A stretch of 64,000 nt of DNA from Lingula anatina (taxonomy: Eukaryota > Animalia > Brachiopoda). The stretch spans positions 7,068,001 through 7,132,000 of the forward strand of contig CM120642.1 in assembly GCA_051362555.1 (NCBI GenBank), read 5' to 3'. The notes beneath the pieces were generated by a model. It was not told the DNA's origin, did not search any database, and saw only the letters and a program-made list of their open reading frames with translations. Numbering within the stretch: the stretch's first letter is position 1; each line of letters starts with the position of its first letter. Both the position numbers and the translations under genes were made by a program. This document shows, in pieces, positions 49,897 through 64,000 of the stretch.

Positions 49897-52800
49897 CAAA
49901 ACTGGTTTCCTAAAAGATTTATTTGTCACAGTATGAAGGTTATGGAATTTTTATTTTTCATCTTAATGGCAATGATGAAGATGAATTAGTTATGTAATGT
50001 TTCTCAAAATTTCATTCAAAATCAGATAAATACGTGATAAGGTAAAACTGTTAATATCATGTTCAAAATCTTGTTTAATGCGTAGGCACAATGGACCAGA
50101 ACAATGGTAGTATTAATTCTTAATTTAGCTTGAGCATCATCAACAAAATACACCTATATTGCATGTTCAAGAACCACAGTGGCAATAATGTTGAGGACTT
50201 TCCCATGATTTTTGCTCTATGTTAGTTCACAATATCCTGTTCTGAACTCCTTCATTCACTACACAAGATCCGCTTTCTTGAAATCATGCCAGCATAATGG
50301 GAAGAGCGTGATTTTATTCTTAAAAGAACTCCAATTCTTATTACCTTCTCAACAAGCGGCTTAGGTATAAAATCTATGAATAGAATACTCGTGCTAAGAC
50401 GTGGGTGAGACGTTGATGACCACAGCACGTTTATGTCATGCTGGGAAGAAATGACAAAACCACAATCATGAACAGTACATTACATGTTAAGCTCTGTGAA
50501 GAGAATTTTTATGTTTCAATAGGTAGAGCTTCCATAGAAAGGGTATGGAAATTTGCAGTGTGTATAGTGTTTTCCTTTTATTGTTTCTTTTATTTTATTT
50601 TTTTCATGATTTTTAATGAAATCTTGTCATAGGGGCTGTGTGGCATATGAAAGGTAACATTATAAGCCTATGCCAAGGAGCAATTCATATTTAGCAAGAT
50701 AGAGATGGAAGAGGTCATTGTACTTAACATGTTGTCAGGTATTTAAGCTCCTTAGTCAGTTTAAGCTCCTTAGTCAGAGAGGGGGTTGAAATCATCTTCT
50801 TATAGAAAAATTAATGCATTATAATTCTGGATAAATAATGATAATAATAATAATAGTGTCATCACCACCCATCTCTATCAAGAATAGTCTGACCTTTGAA
50901 CTTGCATTTTTCTCTTTGTGACCATATGCCTTCTAGGCAAAATATTTACTGCAAGCTTCAGAAATGCCATTTCTGTCTGTGCCAGAACTTTATTCTCAGA
51001 CCAAGCAAACAGTTTACTAGAGCCCCCAGACATTGGGGGAGAGATGTGCTTATTTTACCAGGGACTCTCAAAGCACCAGTAAACTAAACTTTCCATCTTT
51101 ACTCTCCACGGTTATATACACCTGTTTAAATTTTGATGAAGGCAGAGATTAACCTGGTTAAAAATATCCACCTTCCTTGGTTTACTGCATTTCTTTAAAA
51201 TGTCTGTGTGCATATCGTTGAGGCATGCACGTGCTTATCATTGTTTAGGCATGCAGGCAATTTGTACTCGTGCCTTGAGTTTAAATTTTGAGTATGGGTA
51301 TGGTTCACGTTTTACTTCTGCACGTGTCTCAGCGTCTGTTGTCTACACAGCTTAGTGTTCTAGTTGTAAATATGTCTTTAGTGTGCATTTTGGTAAGAAT
51401 GGTCTCGGCCATTAGTACATCATGAAACCCAGTTCTTGATCTTAATTTGAAATGTAAGTCAAATGGCAGCTGTGTCAAAATATCAAACTTCTGAAGAAAA
51501 CTAAGACAGTCTCTTCTTTTAGTTCATCTGTACATGCTTTTTAATGAAAAAAATTAATTTGACTCATTTCTCAGTCTAATGTTGAATTTTTATAGAAGTA
51601 AAACCATCCATTTGTTACAAACAAGTCATCAATAAAATAAAATAATAAATATCGCCTACCTTGGAGTTCTTGTCAAACTTGAACCGACCCCAGAATCTCT
51701 ACGCTCCTGTAATAAAGGATTCTCTGTAACATCAGCATCTGATCCAGCGCTGTGTCCCTCCTGGTCACTAGTCTCATGAGTGGACGATGTCCCACTGACC
51801 ACATCAGTGTCCACCTCCATTGTAATAAGCTCCTCAGCCAGGGGTGGGATGCTGTCCCCTCGGGGCTGGATGGGTGATGCAGGAGACTCGCACCTCCCTT
51901 CCATCGTGTCTGAAGATGCTGTAGATACGTCTCGGCTATCTTCCTCTTGGGACACTAAAGAAAATTTAAGAAAAAAAAACAAAAACATAAAAGGTTGTGT
52001 TTGCTAATTGCAATTAAAAAAAAACTTCAGTATTTTACTTATCATGTGTTGGTTAGAAGGTGAAAACCGATCACTAATTTTCTTAACATTATTTCTCTCT
52101 CACATCAAGTTTTTGACAAAAAGTCAAAACCACCAAAATCATTCTTACAGATATAGACTATCAAACAGCAAGACAAGCCTAAAAAATACGAATCAATTCT
52201 CATTTAACACATTCACCCTGCCTGAGAGAAAAAAAAACCTGGTCTATGAACTGATGCATTTACCTCCTATATTCCTCAGTACCTCTTAACAATTATGTAA
52301 TTCACTTGGTGTTATTGAATCAAAATGAACAACCTTGCTTCAAAAGAAATAGCAGCTCTGAAACTCAACAGACAACTACTACTGGTTTTCATGCCTAGAA
52401 TCTACCTGTTAGCAGCTGCCTTCCCCTATCAAGACTCAATGAAATGTTATGCTGCTCCTGATTGGATGAGAATGCACCAGTTAAAAATAACTTCAGATAT
52501 TGGGGAATGAAATCCAACTTGATCTTCACTGAACTGGTTGGTTACTTAATTGAATGCGGATTGTGATATTTGATCAGATCCCTTATTGATCTCTTCTGAT
52601 AACTGATTGTTGGCTTGTTAACTGGGCGCTTTTAATGATGTCAAATATAGGAACTAAATTAACATCCAGTCTGTCAGAATGCCTAACGATGTACAATTTT
52701 TTCTCTTCATTGTTGTTTAAAGTTGCCCTAGCTATAACCTGTCAACATCAAAACAGAATGATCTTTTTGATTATTCATTAAAAATGCTCACGTGTCATGG

Positions 52801-55800
52801 ACTTAAAATTTCTTTCAAGCATAGCTGCTATACTCTTTATCTTAATTAAAAGTCTATTGATTTAGTCATCACCTAAATCTAATTCTAAGGAATTGCGCCC
52901 TTCTTGATGCGACATTTCATATGTCCTCAGATAGCTGCAGACCAGACATTCCAAGAAATTACCATCACAATATTCATACTTAGCATTATCAGAGAGTTCA
53001 TGACAAGGAGGCAGTTAATTTGACCATCTTTAAGGGCATTTTGTGTGCGGTTGCCATGACTTAATTTGCATCAGCAGACTATTCTGGGTGAAAATCATTT
53101 CTAAAAATATCCACTTTTTAATTATTTCCAAGTATTTCACATTATTTGCTGAATAACAATAATTATTATCTTATATAGCATCACCAACCCCTATGGTTTC
53201 CACTTTTGAGTCTTTCCAAGTATTTCACATTATTTGCTGAATAACATCTTTCATAATTATCACCGTATCACCAATCTCTATGATAGACCGGATGCGTCTA
53301 AATTGAACAACAGGTTACCAAAATGTAGCCCCTAGCATAATTAAAGCAGGCTATTATCCTAAAAACTATACTGATTTTAACAAAGAGATTGCTATTTGAA
53401 GTGGGCAAGGCAGTAGGGTGGGGGTAAAGCAAAGTGCTTACTTACATCCTCTGCATACTGCGAACTTAGCTTCATCAAACTGTCTGCATGAGGTGGACAA
53501 TTGTGCATAATGATAGACCAATTTATTCATCCAATTACTCGCACTTCCAAGAAAAAAATAATTTTCATGCCATAAAAGAATTTTTTGGTGTCTAGATAAA
53601 AAATGCTTAAAAAACTGGTACATAAAAAAAATATAAGCAAAAATATCATCAAGGTTGGTTGCACACAGTGAGAATGTTCTGTGCATTTACGTAATGTAGT
53701 TCTTGTTAAAAGAATTGCTTGAGAGAATATCTACTGCAATTCTGCATTTTCCCTACACATACTAATATACCAGAGCACCTACCACAATCTTCAAAAACAG
53801 AGATCATGCCAAATGACTTTCAATCCATTGGACCTCTCTTGCCATCTAATACTTGATCATAAATGCTGTACCTCACTTTACAGAAAAAAAACCCACACAA
53901 ATATGAAATTCATCTGGACTTTTTAGCTTCCTTTTTTTTTCTACCAACCTTTCTGTTGATTTTCACCTCTGGTTTCCCAGCTGACCAAACTGCTCATTCT
54001 TAAAGGCATTTTCCTTGCCAGCAAAACCAGTTGGTTAAAACCTTCGAATGAACTATAATGTCTGCACCTCAAAAGCAACAAAGTCCGTACTCGATCTGCA
54101 CGAATCTGCCTTGTATTTGATTCAGAATGACAGTTCTTGGACTTATGAATAAAAATCCAACTCACAACTGACCGTACCAAGTCTCCGGTTCAACATCATT
54201 TTTTGTCCAGGAAAAAGCATCCATTTACACCTGTACTCTCCAGGCTTAAACCAAAAAAGATGACGCAAGTGAAGTCATTTCCTTCAATCCTGTAGCTTTC
54301 ATGCTAGGAAACCCACCTTTTCCAGGAACTTTGAAACCACTCTTCAAAACATTTGAACATGTTTCATAATCAGCTAATTTGTGTAGCTTTTTTGTATATT
54401 GATAAACAACATGTCTAGATCAAATAATTCTGACTGGGTATCCAATTCAACTTCCTTCACAAACAAGCATACCTTCCATGAAAACAACCAATAGCAAAAA
54501 AACTGCTGTCAGAATGTGAAATATTATGCCAAGTTTTCCTTTTCAATATCAAAAATGGGAGGATTTTCCAACCTTATTATTAGACATGGTATTTTTTCAA
54601 ACAGTCATGGGTGTGAAGACATTGATTCTAGTACATACCAGTTTGAATTATTTTTAGCATATTTGCTACCGTAATTTGTCTCCACCAATCAATCTTATTC
54701 ATCAAAACACTCTCATTTCAGCTATTTAGCACTGATTTTTAATAATCAACATTATTCTGTGATACTGGCTCTATAGAATATTGAGTGATAGGAGCAAAGA
54801 GCTGAATATTCTGAAGAGTCTGATAAAACAAAATACAACAACCCTGCTAATAACTCCTCTCACCTTAAATACAAATACTACCCAACTTACCTAATCCTGT
54901 CTCACTCAGACTTCTATTGAGTCCATTAATTTCATCAAACAAATTATTTAAGATCATGTCCAGTTCTTCTTGAGGTGTCAGTCCAGAGATGTTGTTAAAG
55001 TGTACGTTATCATAGATGCTCATCCTACTGGCGTCAATTGTTTCTTCTCCCCCTCCTGCCTTTCTTCGCGAGGATTTATCCCTCATTACGGGAGAGGCGG
55101 TTAAATAGTTCTTGTTAAAGCTGCTGGAATCGGATGCACTCCCCATATCAGAGGGAAGGACTCCATTAGAGATTACTATGGGAAAGGTACCAGGTTTGTG
55201 ATCGGCTGGAAGAATGTACATTTCTTCTGTCAGTGACACTCCAACATCGCTGTTGCTACGTCCATGCTGTGAACGTCGCTTTATGGGTTCGTGAATGCGT
55301 GGCATTGTGCTATATGCCTTTTCAAAGTCATTCGATGCCGATTCCTTATCAGCATACAACTGTGAACCAGAGTTAGCTCTTTTAACTGTAGATGTCGTGG
55401 CTGTTGCTGTATCTGTGGATATTGTTGTTACTGCTGTTGTATCATTGTCTTCGCTATCAGCTGAAGCAGTAGCAATGTCACCATTGCTAGTACTACTTTT
55501 TTGACTTTGCACCTCATTTAACTCTTGTATGGTGGTGGCATTTTTGGCCCGTAACAGAGGCGATGTATCACTGTCTGAAGAATCTTTGGGAGATGAAGCT
55601 CCCCCTAGTGGCAGGTGCTGGTTTAACAAGGGCGAACCTTCTGATGTTGGACTTATATCCACACAGCCAAGTCTTTGAATCCTTTCCTGTACTTCGGGTG
55701 AATCTATCAACACGGGTCCACTGATCTGTGCGCCATCTAGTGGCCGCCTACGTTTTTTAGTCTTCAAGGTACCCATCTTTTTATTCAAAAAGTTTCTTGC

Positions 55801-58800
55801 ACCTTTGATTTTTTCACTTGCAGCTCTCCGCAGTCTTGGACTAAGACTCAAGGACGCACTGAGACTTGCTGATTGTTCCGTGTCACCATCTAATTTCTGT
55901 TGAGCACCATCCACAGATGTTTGCCTTTGAGTAGACAGTGTATTATATTTTCCAGGGTAATCCTTGGGTGCTGTAATGAATAAATCCAAGCGATCAAACT
56001 GATCGTGATTTTCCTTGTGGTGCAGAACTGGACTGTCACCTTGTTGACTATCATCATTGTCTGTCAACACACTGTCGTGACTGCTACATGAACCTATCAT
56101 TTTCTTCAAAGTTCCATTATCTGATGGGTGTCGTTCTTCTGGCGATTGCAGTTCACCATCTTTTCTAGACCACCTTCGACAAGTTCTCTGATATTTCCAC
56201 TTATCACTTAGAGCACACTGTTGTTCTTCGTCATCTGACTCGTCATGCTGAAGGTAAAATAAGACACAAATGAGATACAAAAACAATTTAGAAATGTAAA
56301 ATTCAAAGTTAAATTCTTAAAAGCACCTATTGCACCAGTTTCATTTCTTTTTCACCCATACTTCTCTAAATCCTTCTCACCCAGTCTCTAGAAACCATAG
56401 ACTAGTTCTTTGTCAACTGTCAACTGTCAACTGAAATACCTTGCCACTGTTTACAACTTAAATATTACAGGTTACAGTGTCACTGAAAAGTTTTCACAAC
56501 ATTAGGGACCCCACAGGCCACGACTTAAGTGACACTAACTCTCACCTCTGAAATTCATATATTGAAATCAAAATTTCCATAGATTTCAATTCAGGGAATG
56601 TTTCTTTCAAGTCTTTACAACACCAAGTCAAAATGTGGAACTTCTCTTTCACTTCAAGTAAGGCTACTTCTAACAGTAACTTCCACCAAAATGTATCTTG
56701 GCTCGGCAAGCAGTTTCACCACCTCATTTACTCCCTTACGGCATGGCAGTTAACACACACGCGGTAAGCTTGTACCTTTGTAATGCATGAACCCACCCGC
56801 TGTAGCCAGCCAAACCCTCTGGGGCCGGATCATTGCATCTTTACAGCACTTTAATGGGAGGGATCAAATGTCATGGCGGTGTCTCAAATCACACCGGCCA
56901 TTGTTTGTCCATAACTCTATCTTAATTTCCTTGTGGAGTGGAAGGGAGGTATGCCTTGAGTAAAGATTATTGCCTTACATAAACAAACCCGCTGAAAAGT
57001 GTGAAAATACCCGGCTGACCTTGCCCTTAGCTCCTGATTATCGCCACAATTAAACCGCTTCATAAGGGAGTTGTTTTTTAAACACAGATTGTGGCAGACA
57101 TTGTCTGGATGTCAATGTTAACTGTTAGAAAAGAATCAGGGTCGCTCTCCGACAAAAGTTACACAAACTGCGCATATTTGGCGAACAATTAAAAAGGTTG
57201 AAGGAAAATAAACAACTAGGCAATAGGGCGCAGATATGTTTCCTCAGCTATGCAGCTTCTTTTGTGGAAAGAACGACCAACACGTCTTGCCAGCATTCTT
57301 TCAATACAATCACACCACACTATAGTTAATGAACCCTATGATGGCATTACACACTCCAAAGGGCATCCATAATTGGAGCCACATACCGCCAGCTATCAGA
57401 GGCAAAACTGACCAAACAACTGCTTTGATTTTCAAACTGACCCTTCCCTTTAACTTTATTTGAAATAGGCGATTCGTAAATATTTTGCAAAGACTAAGTT
57501 ACAAGCAGAATTTGTTGCTTTTCACAGTGAGGTCTTTGTGTGAACGTGTCTCCAGTTTAAATCTTTTGTGCCTGTTTTCATTATTGGGCTCAGTCGTATA
57601 ATTTGATGTAAAGTGACCATTTTCTGTTTGAAATTATCCGCTTTTGTTTCTTTAATTAGGTCGTGTTCGTCAACTTTAACGTTGTTATAACAAACAATTG
57701 CTAATGTGAATACCTGGTTAGCGACAGGTGTACAGACACATATTGTAGAGAAAACTGACCCAAAATGACACCCACTCGGGGTTCAAAACTACATTTTGGA
57801 TATTAAAAAATTAAAGTGTCAGTTAAAACGAATTTCAAAAATTCTTTTTGGCTATAAGTAATGACATATTGGCTGGTCCTCAGGTATCTGTTTATTTTCT
57901 AAGATCTTTAACAATTCTGTGTGTTGGACAATTTTAAATCATAGTCTTGATGTTCAGTGGTTTTTAAGAAAATGTGACTCTTTACAAGTAAAATTGTGGC
58001 TTACTTGAAGACAGAAACAGTTTTCTAATCAATCAAATTATTTGTCTGGAGTAATTCTGTTTATACAGAACATAAAAAATAAATATTTTAAGAAAATTTT
58101 TTAAAATATCCAACACATTCAATATTTTCTTCATCATTTGTGACTGATGAATATCATATATTTTATATTTCTGTTCACCGAAAGCAGTGCTCAATAGTTA
58201 AACTACACTTTGCTTTAAAGTAAGAGCTAGTTAGACTACATTTATACAAATTTATTGTCAAATTTTAAACCCAGGAAAAACACAGCAAATGGGTAAAAAT
58301 AAACTCCCTATAGTAAAGTTAAATACTGTTTTGGGTAAATCAGTGCTAAGCAGCGAAAACATATACCAGATTAATAATAAACTTACCCCTTCTGGTGAAA
58401 AACGACAGTTCTGCACTAAGTCTAAGGGTGCTTTCCCAGAGAATTAGATCGATCTAAAGATTAAGATTTAGATCGACCTAACTCCCTGGGGGTTCACACT
58501 AAATTGCAGTTAGCCGAGCGGCCACCATAGTTAATTACCCCCTTACAGCTTTTAGTAGGCGGGACAGACGCTTAAGCCGGCCAAGCTGACAGTAATCTAG
58601 TGAGACTCCCCACAGGGATAGATTGATCTAAAAATCTATGGAAATGGGGTGTAAATGTCAGATCAATATCCTTCTAGGGAAAGGAATGGTGGGAGTGGGG
58701 CTGCATTGCGGTAGTTGTGCACATCACATCTGTCACATTCCAATCTCAACTTCCTCTGGACCCAAACAACACATCCAGTATGACACTGCTGAGAACATCT

Positions 58801-60809
58801 GAACAACAAAACATCTTTGACACTAATAATTTTTCATGTTTAACTAACATTCATGCAACATCATGATATTTTTTCATGTTAAACCACCACTTGTGAGTGA
58901 ATCACACTTTTGTGTGAGTTACAAGCATTTTTCACATTAACCTACACTCATAAAGTATCTTAACATTTTCCTAGTGAAAATATTAAGTTCCCAGACATAC
59001 TTCTAGTGATGTCTGAGAGTCATGAATCTATGATTTTGTGAAGACATCCACTTTCAAGACTCATCTTAAACCAAGGTCCAAAAATAAAGGGGGGGGGGGG
59101 GGGGGGAGAGACAGTCTGAGAGTGCCTTAGCTGGGGAAATGTCTGCTCTGAATTAAAACTTCACCTAGTTAATATGCCATTATGGTCTACCTCAGCATAA
59201 TATTAAAACAAACAAATAACTAAAATAAAAGCATTGTAACTGATGGCTACAGGTCTGTATACCACACTCCTAAGATGATCCATGATCGAATACTTGTCCT
59301 TCACATCTATAACGGTGACCTCAATCTAAAATCAGGTACCAAGGAAAACTAGTGAAAATAATTACCTGATCTGTTCACTTACACTGCTTGGGGTTATATC
59401 AGCAGACTGGTATTTAGACACGTGTTAATTGTAGGTCAGACATACAGAGAAGTCAAATGGATAATGTGTGTGTGGTCAGTGGCCATGGTTTGTACCTCTC
59501 AGCCACTACTGGTCACATCCAGGGGGGAAATGAGGCTGTATTCAGAACAGAGGACTAACTAGACCAAGGATCAAATATGGCTGACCCACTTGAATACTTC
59601 CACATGGGGAATCTATTTTGGGTCTATTAGTGGATTACACGGCAAGCTTTTTAGTGGGTTGCCATATTTGACACTTGGACTAGTTAGTCCACTGTTCTGA
59701 ATGGGGCCAAGGACTGTCCTACTGGTCAAAGAAAATGTGTTTGTGATGGACACTAATAAAAAACACTGGTCAGCCAAGTGCCAACTGAGAGTTTTGAATT
59801 CTTGACAGTGCATTGAAAGTTTGTCTTATTTCCCTGTGAATTTTCTTGTAGGTGGGAATATGGGGTGTGAGGGTAGAGGTGGAGTGGGTGGAAGAGTAAA
59901 AATTTAACAAGGTTAACTCTCTGCCCAGACAGAAAGTGCATTATATACAACCCACAGTCATAAGCAAAGGCAAGAGTTACTAACTGTTCACATTTCAGAT
60001 GGTCACTGAACACAGGTCAAGGTAGACAACCAAAGGGTGCAATTTGGTCACTGCTGACCACTAATTGACCCATTGGAATGTCTACCTGACTATCAATTAT
60101 ATCAGTTATCTGACTGTCTATCACACTACCATAAACTGTGAATTTCCAAAATAGGCTCAGTCTTGCAAAATGTTGACTTAGTAGAATCTGACCCCATTCA
60201 ATACTATTTTTTTAGGGGAAATACTTTATCATTATAAAAAAGGAACAAACAATCTTTTAAAATTTTCTGCATTCTAAAAAAGATCTAGTTATAAGGTCTA
60301 GTTTTGTGTCTGGAGGGGCCTATTTTTAAGCATTACTCTGACACTAAAGAAGCCCTAAAACGGCTTCATAACAGCTGATAAAATCTATTTTGGCATGTCC
60401 CAGTAACTTATGTTATACTGACTTCAAACCTTCAAACCAAGTCAACCCAAATCTATTTTTCCTTATCACTTTTGAATATGATAATGCTACAATTCTTCTT
60501 TTCTTTGAGGTCTCAGAACAGTGACAGGTCACCAAGTTTAGAACGTCAACCTGATACTGCTCAGAATCTCCCTGTTGCCATCCAAACAGTTGAAATAAAG
60601 TTATTTTTGTGCTAGAACTCTTATATAACCCAAACCTCACATTGTCAAATCTGAGAGAAAAAGAGAAACAAATACTCAAGCTTCTAATTTCATCAGACGC
60701 CTAAATCACTTGACAGAGAGATAAAATTTCATCTCGCACTGAACTTACCGTCTGCCGAGGTGGTGTTTCAATCTTCATACTGGCACATTTGTTCAGAATG
60801 TTTAATCGC
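44133..60809 (-). CDS. DLC1: DLC1/STARD13/STARD8 family (crossveinless-c-like) SAM-RhoGAP-START protein, 5'-partial
   Basis: Exons 60809-60749 (RLNILNKCASMKIE), 56247-54891, 51954-51660 (ERRDSGVGSSLTR), 49853-49662 (RWHSFQ), 49139-48907 or 48898 (VFGVPL..GIFRKSG), 48267-48142, 47749-47619, 46751-46557 (MTASNLAVCFAPSLF), 46153-46019, 45274-44985, 44671-44495, 44250-44133 (GPETKL*). Phases are consistent; upstream exons were not found in the window. Confidence 0.95.
46353..46525. mobile_element. MITE related to family 2, intronic
   Basis: Inverted ends AGCTGCATTC.CAACAG / CTGTTGTGAATGCAGCT; interior matches 59534-59708. Confidence 0.65.
49859..49895. repeat. (AAAT)n microsatellite forming the polypyrimidine-like tract of a RhoGAP exon
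   Basis: Directly adjacent to the acceptor at 49854-49855 on minus. Confidence 0.9.
58426..58651. mobile_element. Hairpin MITE family 1 copy with TAA target duplication
   Basis: TAA at 58423-58425 and 58652-58654; interior closely similar to 13901-14115. Confidence 0.7.
59534..59708. mobile_element. MITE related to family 2
   Basis: GGC..ATTCAGAACAG.GGACTAACTAG.CCAAG..TCAAATATGGC..ACCCACT and its inverted copy; resembles the 18653/21530 TIRs. Confidence 0.65.
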
Positions 60810-63780
60810 CTGAAAGAAAAACAAAAGAACAGGGGTGAATTCAATTGCCCAATCTTCTTATACAAACATGTGTAGTTAACAGACTAGAAGGGTGCTTTCT
60901 CACTTTCAAAAGCAGAGTCATTTAAATATTATGACACAAGTAACGTGTACTTCTAAATAACCTACTCAAAAACAGTGCAAACTCCATGGTATCTTTATTC
61001 GGAGTGTGCCTTCCATTCTCGTAGTCTCTCCTCAAACCTAATTTTCAAATTCTACCTATAACCCCATCCAGGGAATGGAATTTTACCTCAGAAATTCTGG
61101 TTATATTTATCTCTGCTTTGTTCAGGGACTGTATTCAGTTAACCTAGTTCTAAATCAATTGGAACAAATCTTCTAAACAAACCAGCCTGTATTGCAGCTT
61201 GTTCCCACCTTTTTTTTCACCAAATCAAATCACCGACTGCATGCTTCCTTTATTTACTGAATTCTAATGGAGGCGAGAGATAATAGATTACATCATTCCA
61301 ACAGTCTAGCATATATTCAAACTGATGCTTTTTTTTTTTTCAACATATTCTAGGAAACATATCCCATGCATATTTCTTATTCTTACCTGCACCTAATTTC
61401 AAAATTTTCTTATCTACCTACACCAAATAAAGACTGCATACACTTAACTTCTAAACCAAAATCCAATCCAATCCAAAAACTTGACTACATCTTGAACCAT
61501 GACAAAACACTTAATGTTGTTGTTCATTACCAAGTGACTTACCATCTTAGGTGACTCAAACAGATTATTTTTTAAACATATCAAATTAGCCAATATCTGA
61601 AGTATAACTTGGTCTTGCCAGTGTTTCCAGCACCCAGCCTTGCTCTAAACCTCGTTGCTACCAGAGTCACCCAAGACTTAAATACTATACATCATGTCTC
61701 TTAGTCCACACATTCCCCAGAAGAGATCACAATTCAATGGCTTCTATCACTGTGTTCAATTTAGATTCAAAAACTCACTTACATCACTGAACATAATTGG
61801 TCAACAAATAACTATGCCAGAGGTTTACAAGTACACAAACACAACCTCTGGGCATTATCTTAAATGTTAACAGCCCAAACAGTGAATTACTAATTGCTAC
61901 TTTGCTGCATCCATACACCTGGCCTAGGGGGGTATATAGTATAGATGCCCTGTCACTGGATAACAATGCACACAGGTAAAGTACAGGTGTGACATAATAC
62001 TGAGGGAGTGGCATACCTGTCCAGGTAATCTAATAGCTTCTCTTTGATCATAGAAAGTGATTATGACTCCATTGATGTCACAACAGTCTCTGGGTTTACT
62101 GACAGATATCATCAAGAAGACACTAGTCATATTTGGTCAACAAAATGCCACTATTATCTTCAACTGTCTTTGAGAATACAATACTTGGTAACCTGAAACC
62201 CTTTTTCCTTGGATATACACCAGGGATCAGCTTGAAAAACTTTGGCACCGATTCCACATAATTACTTAAGACTGAAAATTGGTCTTAAATTTTTAGACTT
62301 AAAAATTTGGTCAACATTAATCACATATCACATATCCTTTTGTGTAACATGTTTATAGTATGTTTATGCTAAATTTATAATCACACCAAGGTTTATCTCA
62401 TTGCTTAGATAGAATATTTTAGGAGTAATTTTACTAGTACGTATGTTCATTATATAAAGATTATTTTTTCCTTCACAAATGGTTAGGCAACATAATACCA
62501 ACTAGAGAAATGGTAATGCACTAACTGTATTGTATCATCATTAGTATATCATATTGTACAAGGTCATGACAATCTATGTACCAGTACAGAAATAAATTGA
62601 ATTGAATTGAAAATTGAATTAATTCAGGATAAATTAAAAGGAGATATATTAAATAATTCAACTTTTGATCTTATTATTAGCCAGCAGTCATGTCTTTCTT
62701 GTTACAAATCACTCCATCTCATTGAACAATTACTGATGTAGCTTCAGTCAAAGTAGACTTCAAATTTCATTCTCAAAGATCAGCCCAACTTTCACTGTAA
62801 AAAGTCATTTTGTGAAAAAGGCCATTGTTTTCCTATATCACGTGAGCTACTGAGCATCATCAATGAGAGGGAGGGTGGATTCTCCATACTGATAATATTA
62901 CCTAACAGCTGTGGAAGGCATCATAATGTGCCAGGTACCATTGATGATGTGGTGTTTGATGTCTTATCAGATTGCAGTTTAATGTGAACCTTTAATCATT
63001 ATGTATCTTTATGTAATGAATGGGAATCTCATGACAGTTAAGGGATATCTGACATGACTGACCATTGCTGTACAGTCAAGGCCAAATGAGATGTATATTG
63101 CAGACATTACAAATTGTAGTCCTATTTCTCACAAAAAAAAAAAAAAACAAAAAAAAACATGCAAACTTGTAAAGGAAACTCACAGAACAATCAAGTATTG
63201 TTCTAAAATGCAAAGCATACAAGCCTTATGTTAACTCCAAATATTTTGGAAAAAAAGTCTTTAAATACTGCTCAATTTGATTTTCAATGTATTCTTTTAT
63301 CAGCCATGTACCAGCAAAGTGTACTGTACAATCTATTGTGTCAGAAATATTTAGAGAACAGGTCAAACGCTAAGCTCTTGAACTGTTCTCTAAGGACTTC
63401 TAACCATTTTATGAATAGGCAGACCACAACTAAGCATACCTGAACAAAGACTGGATGGAATCTCGATCCAAAAAGTCGTGATCTTGCTCGGCAGAATCAA
63501 CATCGATGGGAAACTGCAAATCTGAAGAACAAGAAGCAGAAACTGAACAACATGAAATCACAAACGCTTCTGTGTTAAGCAAGTAATATATGTTCCACTG
63601 GCTGGCTGCTGCAGTAGTTGTATTGCTCTGCTGACACCGGTTCAGTAATTTGCAGGCCAGACATCATGTGTTGGGTTGGTTCCTATACAGAGCTCATGTT
63701 ACCAGGAGCCATACAATGGATCAACAGTTTGGCAGTCTGGAAGAGAAGTCACAGGGAACTGGATATTATACAAAATACTT

Positions 63781-63785
<5 letters not shown>

Positions 63786-63847
<62 letters not shown>

Positions 63848-63928
63848 AGGTAGGGAAGAATAATATAATATAATATAATATAATATAATATAATATAATA
63901 TAATATAATATAATATAATATAATATAA
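63786..63928. repeat. (GT)n followed by (ATAAT)n microsatellites
   Basis: Directly visible. Confidence 0.95.
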
Positions 63929-64000
63929 GATCAAGACAGTTGCCCTGAATTGCTATGCTGATAAACAAAATGAAATACTACAAATAGACAACAGACATTT

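Noticed and set aside
53127-53260. Direct repeat TTCCAAGTATTTCACATTATTTGCTGAATAACA, two copies
   Set aside because: Simple local intronic duplication with no further structure.
63618-63968. ORFs with CV/TH/ILYY repeats
   Set aside because: Translations of microsatellites.

Overview
AT-rich, intron-rich animal genomic DNA, most likely a lophotrochozoan invertebrate (inferred from gene and repeat content); most short ORFs in the track are noise. From the left: (1) three paralogous spliced genes for small secreted EF-hand proteins (A and B on minus, C on plus) sharing exon phases, a 162-nt exon 3 and a promoter module; (2) a nested transposon stack in intron 4 of gene C: a MITE holding an apparently identical head-to-tail dimer of a TTAA-bounded, THAP-encoding Kolobok-type element; (3) two tandem genes with uninterrupted CDS for NTF2/SnoaL-fold proteins; (4) a complete 10-exon divergent non-RD Ser/Thr kinase almost invisible to the ORF track; (5) a young full-length BEL/Pao LTR retrotransposon with one nonsense codon, apparently inserted in an exon of an unannotated gene; (6) the last 12 coding exons of a DLC1/STARD13 RhoGAP-START gene on minus. 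RTE, Tc1, Penelope (with a hammerhead-like motif), HINE and MITE relics are interspersed. Exon models were read by eye and need RNA confirmation.
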